Below are positions 18,875-27,387 of a stretch of DNA of 32,000 bases, in pieces (within the stretch, counting starts at the first letter, position 1; each line of letters starts with the position of its first letter). The notes under the pieces are model-generated. The model was not told the origin of the DNA. It saw only the letters and a list, made by a program, of their open reading frames with translations, and did not search any database. The DNA comes from Methanothermobacter thermautotrophicus str. Delta H (GTDB lineage: Archaea; Methanobacteriota; Methanobacteria; Methanobacteriales; Methanothermobacteraceae): positions 1,560,001 to 1,592,000 of the forward strand of contig NC_000916.1 of assembly GCF_000008645.1 (NCBI RefSeq), in the 5' to 3' direction. The translations under genes were made by a program, and so were the position numbers.

Positions 18875-19775
18875 GACAAAGAATGCTACTCTAAAATCGA
18901 TCATAGATGTCATCCTCTACGAGAACCCGTCCACACAGGATGAAATCGCTGAACGCCTTGGCATAACAAGGAGGTACGTCACCAAGCTTCTGCAGCCCCT
19001 CATCAGGGAGGGCGTTGTTAGGAGGGCCTACATTGTGGATATAAAGAAATTTGATGAATTCCCTGAGCTCTTCGGTGAGGAGGTAACCTCGAGGGAATAC
19101 GCTGGAAGCTTCTTCATAAAGGAGATACTCAGGGACATGGCACAGCATGTGTGCAAACAGCTCAACAAATCCTTCAGGTCCCTGGAGGAGTACGATGAGG
19201 ACCTTGCAAATGAGGCCCTCAAGATGGACTACATAACAAACACAATGCATGAGAAGGTGCGCTCCTCTGTTGATACTGCAATAGCAATGAATCCCTACTC
19301 TGAGTTCAGCAAGACAATGGCCTTTACAGAGATAGCCTATGACCTTGAAAGGATAGGTGACCATTCAGCGATAATAGCAAACTTTGCCATAAAGGAATCC
19401 TATGAGGTTGACCCTGCAATGATGGAGTACCTCAGGGATATGTTCTCCATTGCCGTTGAGATGGTGAAAACTGCGATGGACGCCTTTCTGAATGAGAAAC
19501 TGGAACTGAAGGCAACTCTCATGTCCCTCGAGGATGATATTCACAGGATCCAGAAGAATGCCCTTAACTGTGTCGCCACCCAGATGGCTGAAACACCCTT
19601 TGAGGATAAGGAGAGGTCAACCTATTACATATCCCTCTCCAGGGTTGTTAAGACCCTTGAGAGAATAGCAGATATATCCATTGAGATATTCGACACTGCA
19701 GGTGAATACTACAGGAACATCCCGAGGACAACCACACCTGAACGCTTCAGGCGGAGGGAGAGAGAGGAGTCCTGA
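18864..19775 (+). CDS. Winged-HTH plus double PhoU-domain putative transcriptional regulator
   Basis: The N-terminal HTH reads STQDEIAERLGITRRYVTKLLQPLIREGVV. Two PhoU-like repeats follow, containing DLERIGDHSAIIANFA and TLERIADISIEIFD. The ATG at 18864 is preceded by GAGGAG. The ORF track starts at 18840. Confidence 0.8.
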   Translation: MKNKTKNATLKSIIDVILYENPSTQDEIAERLGITRRYVTKLLQPLIREGVVRRAYIVDIKKFDEFPELFGEEVTSREYAGSFFIKEILRDMAQHVCKQLNKSFRSLEEYDEDLANEALKMDYITNTMHEKVRSSVDTAIAMNPYSEFSKTMAFTEIAYDLERIGDHSAIIANFAIKESYEVDPAMMEYLRDMFSIAVEMVKTAMDAFLNEKLELKATLMSLEDDIHRIQKNALNCVATQMAETPFEDKERSTYYISLSRVVKTLERIADISIEIFDTAGEYYRNIPRTTTPERFRRREREES

Positions 19776-19782
19776 TTAAGGT

Positions 19783-20061
19783 TCACCTGTTCCTCTTTTC
19801 TCTTTCCATGTACTCTTTTATCTTTTTCTCCTCCCATTCCTTACCCAGGAACCTATCACCTATAAAAACTCCGAAGGCATGCCATATTATTCCTATTCCC
19901 CAGAATACTGTTATCCAGTAGAACCACCATGTCCCGGGAGTTGAGAGGAGGTTTATGAGGAAGAGTGTAAGGTTAACTATTGTAAAAACTGATATGTGGA
20001 TGTAAAATCCCTTGAGATCCTCTACTCTCTTCCTGGCTCTTTTGTATTCGTCGTCTTCCAT
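19783..20061 (-). CDS. 2TM-domain small membrane protein
   Basis: 92 aa. A basic N-terminal segment (EYKRARKRVEDLKGFY) is followed by two Trp-rich helices (WWFYWITVFWGIGIIWHAFG). Confidence 0.7.
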   Translation of the reverse strand: MEDDEYKRARKRVEDLKGFYIHISVFTIVNLTLFLINLLSTPGTWWFYWITVFWGIGIIWHAFGVFIGDRFLGKEWEEKKIKEYMEREKRNR

Positions 20062-20900
20062 ATTTCTGACCCATTAAGTGTTCTGTAATCTGCTTCTAAT
20101 ATTCTTTTCTCCTCGCCGTCGTACTGTATTTCTTCGATTTCGAAGAATTTTCTGAAGGCTGGTTCCCGGACCTTTTCCTCGTAGACGTGGGATATGAGTC
20201 CTGGGAGGCGTCCTATCATGAATACTCCTGCTCCGGTCCTCCAGTCGAATCCCATGTCTGATAGTATGCCGGCGTTGGCCCCGTCAACGTTCATCCGGAC
20301 TCCCTTGCGTTCCAGGAGTATCTCCTGGACCTCCAGTGCAAGGCTGGTGTGGGGTCCCACGCAGCCGTAATCCTCTGCAAGTTCCAGTAACCTGACGGCC
20401 CGGGGGTCGGCGTTGTGGTAGCGGTGCCCGAACCCGGGGATCCTCCTGTTGGCCTGGAGGTGATCATCCACCAGCCTCAGGGCAGCATCAGGGATCTCAT
20501 CCTCAGACTCGCAGGATGATACAGTCTCCTGGAAGAGCTTCATGGAACGCTCAATGGCACCCGCATGATTCTTACCAAAGGCAAGCAGACCCCCGGCAAT
20601 ACAGGCATGAACCGGAGAACCCGCCGAGGCAATCATACGGGCAGCCTGAGTACTCGGCGGAGTAACACCATGATCACAGAAGGACACCAGGACAGCCTCA
20701 AGCATACGCGCAACATTCTGAGGGGGAAGCTCACCCCTGATCAGAAGATAAACCATCTCAGAAAAGGAAACACCACCAATAAGATCCTCCTGAGAATAAC
20801 CCCTCGTAACAATACGGTTAGGCTCAACACGCGTAATGGAAGTCCTCCACCTGGGATTTTTAACCCGCAGTATATCATTTATTATCCCTTCATTCATCAT
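20022..20900 (-). CDS. Short citrate synthase family protein (citryl-CoA lyase-like size)
   Basis: Citrate-synthase catalytic-region motifs are present: KNHAGAIE, GFGHRYHNADPRA and MNVDG. The ORF extends to 20960. ATG 20900 is preferred because a TTTAAATA box (20923-20930) lies about 26 nt upstream and GGAGTGAT precedes it. Confidence 0.75.
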   Translation of the reverse strand: MMNEGIINDILRVKNPRWRTSITRVEPNRIVTRGYSQEDLIGGVSFSEMVYLLIRGELPPQNVARMLEAVLVSFCDHGVTPPSTQAARMIASAGSPVHACIAGGLLAFGKNHAGAIERSMKLFQETVSSCESEDEIPDAALRLVDDHLQANRRIPGFGHRYHNADPRAVRLLELAEDYGCVGPHTSLALEVQEILLERKGVRMNVDGANAGILSDMGFDWRTGAGVFMIGRLPGLISHVYEEKVREPAFRKFFEIEEIQYDGEEKRILEADYRTLNGSEIWKTTNTKEPGRE

Positions 20901-20922
20901 ATCACTCCATCTGATCTTCATG

Positions 20923-20930
20923 TATTTAAA
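20923..20930 (-). promoter_or_regulatory. Candidate TATA box (TTTAAATA on the minus strand) for the citrate-synthase-family gene
   Basis: It matches the archaeal TTTAWATA consensus and its centre lies about 26 nt from ATG 20900. That spacing suggests a leaderless or very short-leader mRNA. Confidence 0.35.
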
Positions 20931-20997
20931 TTTTAATGCATTTAGTGCATCTTTATTCACTTATTGTGAATTAAATTCCTCTGCGCACAGGGTTTAG

Positions 20998-21046
20998 TTC
21001 ACAAAATAGGTAATTAAGTACACAAAAATAGTAAATTTTAAATAGT
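20998..21046 (+). promoter_or_regulatory. Direct repeats and TATA-like box upstream of pstS
   Basis: The repeats are ttcacaaaataggtaatt (20998-21015) and tacacaaaaatagtaaatt (21019-21037), 21 bp start to start. They abut ttttaaatag (21037-46). Confidence 0.35.
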
Positions 21047-21077
21047 TCTAGGATAAGGTAAAGGTTGAGGTGATAAA

Positions 21078-21893
21078 ATGGACACCAAACTGATCATAGG
21101 AATAGTCGTGGCAATTGTAATTATTGCAGGCGCAGTCCTGGCACTTGGAGGTGGCGGACAGCAGGAGAAGATAGACATTGTTGGTTCAACATCTGTCCAG
21201 CCAGTTGCAGAGAAACTTGCAGCTGAGTACATGAAGAAGCACCTCAATGTTAAGATAAACGTCCAGGGCGGCGGATCCAGTGTCGGTATCAAGAGTGCCG
21301 CTGACGGCACAGCAGACATCGGAACAAGTTCAAAGGAACTCAAGCCCGATGAGAAGAAGGGCCTCACAGAATACCTTATAGGTAAGGATGGAATAGCCAT
21401 AATCGTAAACAGCAAGAACACAGTCTCAGACCTAACAAAGGACCAGGTGAAGGATATCTTCAGCGGTAAGATAACCAACTGGAAGGAGGTCGGAGGCCCC
21501 GATGCAAAGATAACAGTGGTAACACGTGAAGACGGCTCAGGAACCAGGAAGGCCTTCGAGGAAATAGTGATGGGTAAAGAGACCAAGATAAAGAAGGATG
21601 CCATAGTTGAAAGTTCAACAGAGGCAGTTAAACAGGCAGTTAAACAGGATCCAAACGCCATAGGATTCATATCACTCGCCAATCTCGATGAAACAGTCAA
21701 GGCACTTAAAATAGATGGTGTCGCACCATCAGAGCAGACAGTCGCAGATGGATCCTACAAGATACAGAGACCATTCCTGTTCCTGGTAAAGGGCAGCGCA
21801 AAGGGTGCAGTTAAGGACTTCATAGACTGGGTCCTCAGCCCGGAGGGACAGGCAATAATCAAATCAGAAAAGGTTGTACCGGCAAAGGCCTAG
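21078..21893 (+). CDS. pstS: Phosphate ABC transporter substrate-binding protein PstS, copy 1
   Basis: An N-terminal signal-anchor helix is followed by [20 protein letters not shown]...VQGGGSSVG...[15 protein letters not shown] precedes the ATG. Confidence 0.9.
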   Translation: MDTKLIIGIVVAIVIIAGAVLALGGGGQQEKIDIVGSTSVQPVAEKLAAEYMKKHLNVKINVQGGGSSVGIKSAADGTADIGTSSKELKPDEKKGLTEYLIGKDGIAIIVNSKNTVSDLTKDQVKDIFSGKITNWKEVGGPDAKITVVTREDGSGTRKAFEEIVMGKETKIKKDAIVESSTEAVKQAVKQDPNAIGFISLANLDETVKALKIDGVAPSEQTVADGSYKIQRPFLFLVKGSAKGAVKDFIDWVLSPEGQAIIKSEKVVPAKA

Positions 21894-21913
21894 TGGTTTT
21901 CACAACCACAACA

Positions 21914-21919
21914 TTTTTT
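21914..21919 (+). terminator. T6 tract between the two pstS genes
   Basis: The sequence acattttttcttt lies 21 nt after the pstS-1 stop. It could attenuate read-through into pstS-2. Confidence 0.3.
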
Positions 21920-21979
21920 CTTTCCGTCACCTTCAAGTGAACTTTATTAACCAATAGGTGAAATCAATAACTGAAGGTG

Positions 21980-22813
21980 ATGGACATGGAGCTGAAACCC
22001 AAAAACATCCTCATAATAATCATTATCATCGCACTCGCATACCTCATGATCAAACCCGGAGCAGACTATGAGAGAATTGAAATTGCTGGTTCCACATCTG
22101 TTCAGCCAGTTGCAGAGGAACTTGCAGCTGAGTACATGAAGAAGCACCCCGATGTTAAGATAAACGTCCAGGGCGGCGGTTCCGGGATGGGTGTAAGGAC
22201 GGTCCAGCAGGGAATAGTCGATATAGGGACCAGCTCAAAGGCCCTGAAACCTGAGGAAAAGGACGACCTTCAGGAATACGTGATAGGTAAGGATGGTATA
22301 GTGATAGCCGTTAACAACCAGAACCCCGTCGATGATCTGACAGTGGACCAGCTCAGGGATATCTTCAGCGGTAAGATAACCAACTGGAAGGAGGTCGGAG
22401 GCCCCGATGCAGAGATACATGTGATAGTCCGTGAGGAGGGATCAGGGACCAGAAGCTCATTCAAATCACTTGTCATGAAGGACGAGAAGATAAGGTCCGA
22501 TGCAATCGTTCAGGGCTCCACAGAATCCGTGAAACAGGCCATAAAGAGCGACCCCTACGCAATTGGATTCGTTTCAATGGCACATATGAGTTCCGATGTG
22601 AAGGCACTTGAGGTGAATGGAGTGACACCCTCAGAGACCACCATAGCAGACGGATCCTATCCACTGGTGGTCCCATTCGAATTCCTGACAAAGGGAGAAC
22701 CCAGGGGAGTCGTAAAGGACTTCATAAAGTGGGTTTTCTCACCTGAAGGGCAGGCCATTGTAAGGAGCCAGAAGGTTGTACCGGCAATAGCAAATGTCTC
22801 GGATGATACCTAG
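21980..22813 (+). CDS. pstS: Phosphate ABC transporter substrate-binding protein PstS, copy 2 (tandem paralog)
   Basis: It shares the same motifs as copy 1 ([37 protein letters not shown]). Possible starts are GTG 21977, ATG 21980 and ATG 21986 within GAAGGTGATGGACATG. Confidence 0.9.
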   Translation: MDMELKPKNILIIIIIIALAYLMIKPGADYERIEIAGSTSVQPVAEELAAEYMKKHPDVKINVQGGGSGMGVRTVQQGIVDIGTSSKALKPEEKDDLQEYVIGKDGIVIAVNNQNPVDDLTVDQLRDIFSGKITNWKEVGGPDAEIHVIVREEGSGTRSSFKSLVMKDEKIRSDAIVQGSTESVKQAIKSDPYAIGFVSMAHMSSDVKALEVNGVTPSETTIADGSYPLVVPFEFLTKGEPRGVVKDFIKWVFSPEGQAIVRSQKVVPAIANVSDDT

Positions 22814-22823
22814 GAGGTAAAGC

Positions 22824-23699
22824 ATGATCAGCAAAACAAGGGAAAAACTCATTGAGAAGGGTCTTTTCATAACCGCAATATTCTCAATAATCGCCATCCT
22901 TCTCATAATAGTCTTCATATTCAGGGAGGGATTCCCCATATTCCAGGGGTATGGGGTCACAAACTTCATCTTTGGAATGGACTGGGCACCTTCAGATGGT
23001 AAGTACGGCATCTTCACCATGATCGTCGGGTCACTGTACATAACCTTCCTGTCCCTGGCCATAGCCGTCCCCCTTTCAATCCTATGCGCAATATTCATGG
23101 CTGAGGTGTCACCTGAAATAATGCGCAGGATACTCAAACCGGTAATAGAGACCCTTGCAGCAATACCATCAGTGGTATATGGTTTCTTTGGGCTGATCAT
23201 CCTGGTACCCTTCATAAGGTCCAGCCTTGGAGGTACCGGTTTCGGACTTCTAACAGCATCACTCATACTCACGGTCATGATAATGCCAACAATAATCAGT
23301 GTCTCAGAGGATGCCCTAAGATCGGTGCCACTGGAGTACAAGGAGGCCTCCCTTGCACTTGGGGCCACCCAGTGGCAGACCATCAGGAAGGTGATATTCC
23401 CGGCGGCACTGCCAGGCATCATCACATCAATCATCCTCGGGATGGGTCGTGCCATCGGTGAGACCCTGGCAGTTATCATGGTGGCCGGTAACGTCACCCA
23501 GATACCATCATCGATACTGGACCCTGTAAGGGCCCTCACATCCAACATAGCACTGGAGATGGGCTACGCCACCGGGCTGCACTACAGCGCACTCTTCGGG
23601 ACCGCCATCATCCTGTTTTTTGTCATAATGGCTCTGCTGGTGGTTGCCAACTACTTCCACTACAAGAAAAAGATAGTTATAGGTGGAGGATATCTCTAG
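22824..23699 (+). CDS. pstC: Phosphate ABC transporter permease PstC
   Basis: 291-aa polytopic protein with an EAA-like loop ([34 protein letters not shown]). AGGAGG precedes the ATG. Confidence 0.9.
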   Translation: MISKTREKLIEKGLFITAIFSIIAILLIIVFIFREGFPIFQGYGVTNFIFGMDWAPSDGKYGIFTMIVGSLYITFLSLAIAVPLSILCAIFMAEVSPEIMRRILKPVIETLAAIPSVVYGFFGLIILVPFIRSSLGGTGFGLLTASLILTVMIMPTIISVSEDALRSVPLEYKEASLALGATQWQTIRKVIFPAALPGIITSIILGMGRAIGETLAVIMVAGNVTQIPSSILDPVRALTSNIALEMGYATGLHYSALFGTAIILFFVIMALLVVANYFHYKKKIVIGGGYL

Positions 23700-23709
23700 G
23701 AGGCTTAAA

Positions 23710-24561
23710 ATGTCCTTCAGAATAATATCACCCAAGACAAGCCAGAAGATAATGACAGGAATCTTCTGGGCTTCAGGAATCGTGACAGTACTGATACTGC
23801 TCATAATAATTGGCTACATACTCATGAAGGGCTTGCCAGCCGTAAACCTGGAATTCCTGCTTTCAGAACCGGTTGACTCTGGAAGAGCAGGTGGGATAGC
23901 TCCCATGATAGTATCCAGCCTCTACGTCACACTGCTAGCCGGTATAATAGCAACACCACTGGGTGTCGGGGCAGCGGTCTACATGACAGAGTATGCCACA
24001 GAGGAACGCATCGTGAAGCTGATAAAGTTCGGAGCAGAAACCCTGGCATCCATACCATCAATAGTATTCGGGCTTTTTGGCTTATCATTCTTCGTGGTTT
24101 TCCTCGGCCTCGGGTGGTCAATCCTCTCAGGGGGACTTGTACTGGCCCTCATGGCTCTTCCAACCATATTCCAGGTTGCCCAGGTCTCAGTAGAGACGGT
24201 TCCACAATCCTACAGGGAGGGAAGCCTGGCGCTTGGAGCCACAAAGTGGGAGACCATCTACAGGGTGGTTATCCCTGCAGCAATCCCCGGCATAACCACC
24301 GGTGTGATACTGGGAATGGCCAGGGCCATATCAGAGGCTGCTGCGGTAATGTTCGTTGTGGGGTCAGCACTTTCAATGCCAGTATCCATCTTCGACCCTG
24401 GAAGGCCCCTCCCACTTCACCTCTATGTGCTGGCAACAGAGGGCATTTCACTGAAGAACGCCTACGGCACCGCGGCTGTCCTTGTGATAATCGTCCTTTT
24501 AATCACGGTTCTAACAAACACTCTTGTTGATAGATACAGAAGGAAGATGATGGGGAGATAG
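23710..24561 (+). CDS. pstA: Phosphate ABC transporter permease PstA
   Basis: The EAA-like loop reads [31 protein letters not shown]. The ATG at 23710 follows AGGAGG (23698-23703). The ORF track starts at GTG 23683. Confidence 0.9.
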   Translation: MSFRIISPKTSQKIMTGIFWASGIVTVLILLIIIGYILMKGLPAVNLEFLLSEPVDSGRAGGIAPMIVSSLYVTLLAGIIATPLGVGAAVYMTEYATEERIVKLIKFGAETLASIPSIVFGLFGLSFFVVFLGLGWSILSGGLVLALMALPTIFQVAQVSVETVPQSYREGSLALGATKWETIYRVVIPAAIPGITTGVILGMARAISEAAAVMFVVGSALSMPVSIFDPGRPLPLHLYVLATEGISLKNAYGTAAVLVIIVLLITVLTNTLVDRYRRKMMGR

Positions 24562-24570
24562 GTGATCTGC

Positions 24571-25323
24571 ATGTACAGAATCGAAGTTGAGGACCTGAAC
24601 GTTTACTTTGACGAGGCGCACATACTCAAGGATATAAACCTCAAGATACCCAAGAACACGGTCACAGCCCTCATAGGGCCATCAGGCTGTGGTAAGTCAA
24701 CATTCATCAGAACCCTTAACAGGATGAATGATGTGATAAGCGGCTTCAGGCATGAGGGCCACGTCTACCTTGATGGTAAGGACATCTATGACCCTGACAT
24801 GGATGTGGTGGAGCTCAGAAAGAAGGTTGGGATGGTCTTCCAGAAACCCAACCCCTTCCCTAAGTCCATATTTGAAAATGTAGCCTACGGTCTCAGGGTC
24901 CATGGATATGATGACAGGGACTTCATAGAGGAGCGTGTGGAGGAAAGCCTGAGGGCTGCAGCTCTCTGGGATGAGGTCAAGGACAAACTTGATAAATCCG
25001 CCCTTGGACTCTCAGGGGGACAGCAGCAGAGGCTATGCATAGCAAGGACCATAGCCATAGAACCTGAGGTTATACTCATGGATGAACCGTGTTCAGCCCT
25101 TGACCCCATATCAACCACCAAGATCGAGGATCTCATCCACAAGCTCAAGAATGACTACACCATCATCATAGTGACCCACAACATGCAGCAGGCCACAAGA
25201 GTCTCAAAGTACACAGCCTTCTTCCTGCATGGTGAAATAGTTGAAAGCGGCCTCACAGAGCAGATATTCATAGAGCCGAGGGATAAAAGGACTGAGGACT
25301 ACATTACAGGAAGATTTGGATAA
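24571..25323 (+). CDS. pstB: Phosphate ABC transporter ATPase PstB
   Basis: Walker [10 protein letters not shown], signature LSGGQQQR and Walker [12 protein letters not shown] are present. ATG 24571 is preferred over GTG 24562. Confidence 0.92.
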   Translation: MYRIEVEDLNVYFDEAHILKDINLKIPKNTVTALIGPSGCGKSTFIRTLNRMNDVISGFRHEGHVYLDGKDIYDPDMDVVELRKKVGMVFQKPNPFPKSIFENVAYGLRVHGYDDRDFIEERVEESLRAAALWDEVKDKLDKSALGLSGGQQQRLCIARTIAIEPEVILMDEPCSALDPISTTKIEDLIHKLKNDYTIIIVTHNMQQATRVSKYTAFFLHGEIVESGLTEQIFIEPRDKRTEDYITGRFG

Positions 25324-25325
25324 GG

Positions 25326-25979
25326 GTGTGGAAATTGATCGGCGCTCTCCTTGAAAGCAGACTTTCAAATGTCCTGGATGAAACCGTCAGGTATGGTAAT
25401 GAAACCTCTGAAAGGGTGGGAAGAACCGTATCCAGCTACATCAAAGGGGATGAGGAGACTGCAAGGGAATTGATAGAGACAACGGCAGCTGTTAATGAGA
25501 AGAGCTACAGGATAGAGGATGAATGCCTCAAAATCCTTGGCCTTCATCAGCCCGTTGCAAAGGACCTGAGGCTGGCATCCAGTATAATGAGAAGTGCAAT
25601 TGAACTTGAGAGGATAAACATACTCCTTGCCTACATTGCAAGGTACGCAATTGATGGAAGGGACAGGACACCTCCACACATAGAGTTCATGTCCCAGACG
25701 GTTCAGGATATGATAAATGATGCGCTCGGGGCCCTCATGAACCGTGACATCCAGCTACTTAAAAGGTCAACGAGGAATTATATCCAGCTTCAGGATCTAT
25801 ACAACCAGCTTCAGGAGTCAAACAGGGACTTCTCAGAATCAGGTAATCTTATGCTGGTAGCAAGGAATCTGCTCAGCATGGGCCACCATGTTATGGGGAT
25901 GGACGACAGGATAGCCTATCTCATAGTGGGTAAAAGGGTTATCCATCATAAGGTCTTCTACAGTGTACTTATGAAATGA
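25326..25979 (+). CDS. phoU: PhoU-family phosphate signalling protein, copy 1
   Basis: 217 aa with two PhoU-like helical repeats. It follows pstB directly. The start is GTG 25326, with TTG 25335 possible. The second-repeat metal-binding-type motifs are weak. Confidence 0.75.
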   Translation: MWKLIGALLESRLSNVLDETVRYGNETSERVGRTVSSYIKGDEETARELIETTAAVNEKSYRIEDECLKILGLHQPVAKDLRLASSIMRSAIELERINILLAYIARYAIDGRDRTPPHIEFMSQTVQDMINDALGALMNRDIQLLKRSTRNYIQLQDLYNQLQESNRDFSESGNLMLVARNLLSMGHHVMGMDDRIAYLIVGKRVIHHKVFYSVLMK

Positions 25980-25996
25980 ATAGTTGGGGGGATTAA

Positions 25997-26434
25997 ATGT
26001 GGCTACCCTTTGATAACCCGAGGAAGATGGACTACACCGTCCTTAAAAGGTCTTCAGTACCCGAATTTTCGTATATAAGGATCCTGGACAATGAAAACGA
26101 GGCCATAATCTTCGTAACGGGAAATAACATTGTGGGAGCCTGGCACATTGACCTCAACACCCTCGAGGAGACTCACAGCCATAAGGCAATGGAGAGACTG
26201 GAGATAAACCATGATTCAGTGGTGGAGGTCTATGAGACCGATGCGGATCTCTTCGAGACCCTGATTGAACTCAATGATGAATCAAAACTTTCAATACCCA
26301 TTGATGCGGAGATTATAATAAATGAAATGTTCCTTGATAAATCATCCCGTGAGGAGCTCCTTGAAAGGTACAGGATAAGGGTTCCGACTGATGAGGCGAT
26401 TGAAAGGTTGATTGAGGATTACAAATCCAGATAG
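25997..26434 (+). CDS. Uncharacterised acidic 145-aa protein between the two phoU genes
   Basis: GGGGGAT precedes the ATG. It lies 17 nt after phoU-1 and 21 nt before phoU-2. It has no transmembrane segment and no motif I can name with confidence. Confidence 0.65.
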   Translation: MWLPFDNPRKMDYTVLKRSSVPEFSYIRILDNENEAIIFVTGNNIVGAWHIDLNTLEETHSHKAMERLEINHDSVVEVYETDADLFETLIELNDESKLSIPIDAEIIINEMFLDKSSREELLERYRIRVPTDEAIERLIEDYKSR

Positions 26435-26455
26435 TAAAATCCAGGAGGACTTTTA

Positions 26456-27115
26456 ATGGAAAAGAAGTATCCGCGGATACTGTTCCGCAAAAGGCTTAAG
26501 GATCTGAGGAAGGATATGGAGGAGGTTTCACAGAAAACCCTTAAAACACATAAACTAGCAGTTGACCTCCTGATGGAGTATGATGAGGAAAAAAAGGAGA
26601 AGGTAATAAAAAACAGCAGGGCAATAGATGACATGGTCTTCAACCTTGAGAGGAAGGCTATAAGTTTAATAGCAGCTGAACAACCCGTTGCAGGAGACCT
26701 GAGATTTATAGAGGCCTGCATTAAGGTTGGAAGTCATCTCAAGAGGATAGGCTACCTGGCGGCCAACATAGCCGAGGCTGCAGAGAAACTGAAGGACGAG
26801 GAAATTCCGAGAAGACCCCTTGAAGACCTGAAGCACATGTCTGACTTCGTGCAGATGATGCTCTCCAAGGGAATCTACGCATTCCTTGACCAGAACATGG
26901 AAATGGCGAGGGAGCTCAGGCATGATGATGATAAGGTGGATGACCTCTTTGACCAGACACTTGAACATGTAACAAGAAGCATGTTTGAGGATAAGGAATC
27001 AATCTCATACCTGGTTAATCTCCTCTTCATAGCAAGATTCCTTGAGAGGGTTGGTGACAGGGCTGTCAGCATTGCTGATAGGACGATCTTCATGATAACG
27101 TGTGAGAAGCCATGA
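26456..27115 (+). CDS. phoU: PhoU-family phosphate signalling protein, copy 2
   Basis: Two PhoU repeats contain HLKRIGYLAANIAE and FLERVGDRAVSIAD. GGAGGA precedes the ATG. Confidence 0.88.
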   Translation: MEKKYPRILFRKRLKDLRKDMEEVSQKTLKTHKLAVDLLMEYDEEKKEKVIKNSRAIDDMVFNLERKAISLIAAEQPVAGDLRFIEACIKVGSHLKRIGYLAANIAEAAEKLKDEEIPRRPLEDLKHMSDFVQMMLSKGIYAFLDQNMEMARELRHDDDKVDDLFDQTLEHVTRSMFEDKESISYLVNLLFIARFLERVGDRAVSIADRTIFMITCEKP

Positions 27116-27166
27116 AGGCTGTCAGCATTGCTGATAGGACGATCTTCATCATGAGAGAAGCATGAA
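27061..27166 (+). repeat. Tandem duplication (about 56 + 50 bp) spanning the phoU-2 stop codon
   Basis: The string ggctgtcagcattgctgataggacgatcttcat is exact at 27061-27093 and 27117-27149. The tails are related (gtgtgagaagccatgaa versus catgagagaagcatgaa). Confidence 0.9.
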
Positions 27167-27253
27167 TAAACACCTAATTCCAACCTTTATTTTCACTGTA
27201 TTCGCATCATCTGCAACCCTTTTATTCTTATTCACAGGAAAAGCATTCTACAT

Positions 27254-27387
27254 TTTCAATTTGTCTGGAGGTGCCTCATGGAATGCCCGATGGATGTTCA
27301 TCCCGAAAAAGAAAAATTAACGGTACTGAATGTATACTCTGCATGAGATGTGTTTTTTCATGTCCTGCAGGAGCCCTTCACATATGA
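27254..27387 (+). pseudogene. Decayed 2x[4Fe-4S] ferredoxin relic, or a 34-codon mini-ORF at 27283..27387
   Basis: The frame from 27283 reads ...[23 protein letters not shown], an intact CxxCxxCxxxCP motif. The adjacent frame from 27254 reads FQFVWRCLMECPMDVHPEKEK, a degenerate first motif with only CxxxCP left. The two frames meet at the A-runs 27306-27316. Confidence 0.4.
27306..27316 (-). terminator. T5-C-T5 tract on the minus strand downstream of fumA
   Basis: The plus strand reads cgaaaaagaaaaatt, so the minus strand carries aatttttctttttcg 62-72 nt after the fumA stop. Confidence 0.35.

Noticed and set aside
21038-21700. Long antisense ORFs opposite well-supported genes. Examples: 21038..21700 opposite pstS, 22739..23548 opposite pstC, 27330..28121 opposite fumA, 4576..5130 opposite cdhA, 7533..8015 opposite cdhC, 12526..13017 opposite the HEAT gene, 16280..16795 opposite GGR, and 28256..28744 opposite porE/F.
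   Set aside because: Their translations are Ser/Pro/Arg-rich and low-complexity, with no motifs and no RBS. Each mirrors a sense gene that has strong family signatures. They are typical shadow ORFs caused by the codon bias of the sense strand.
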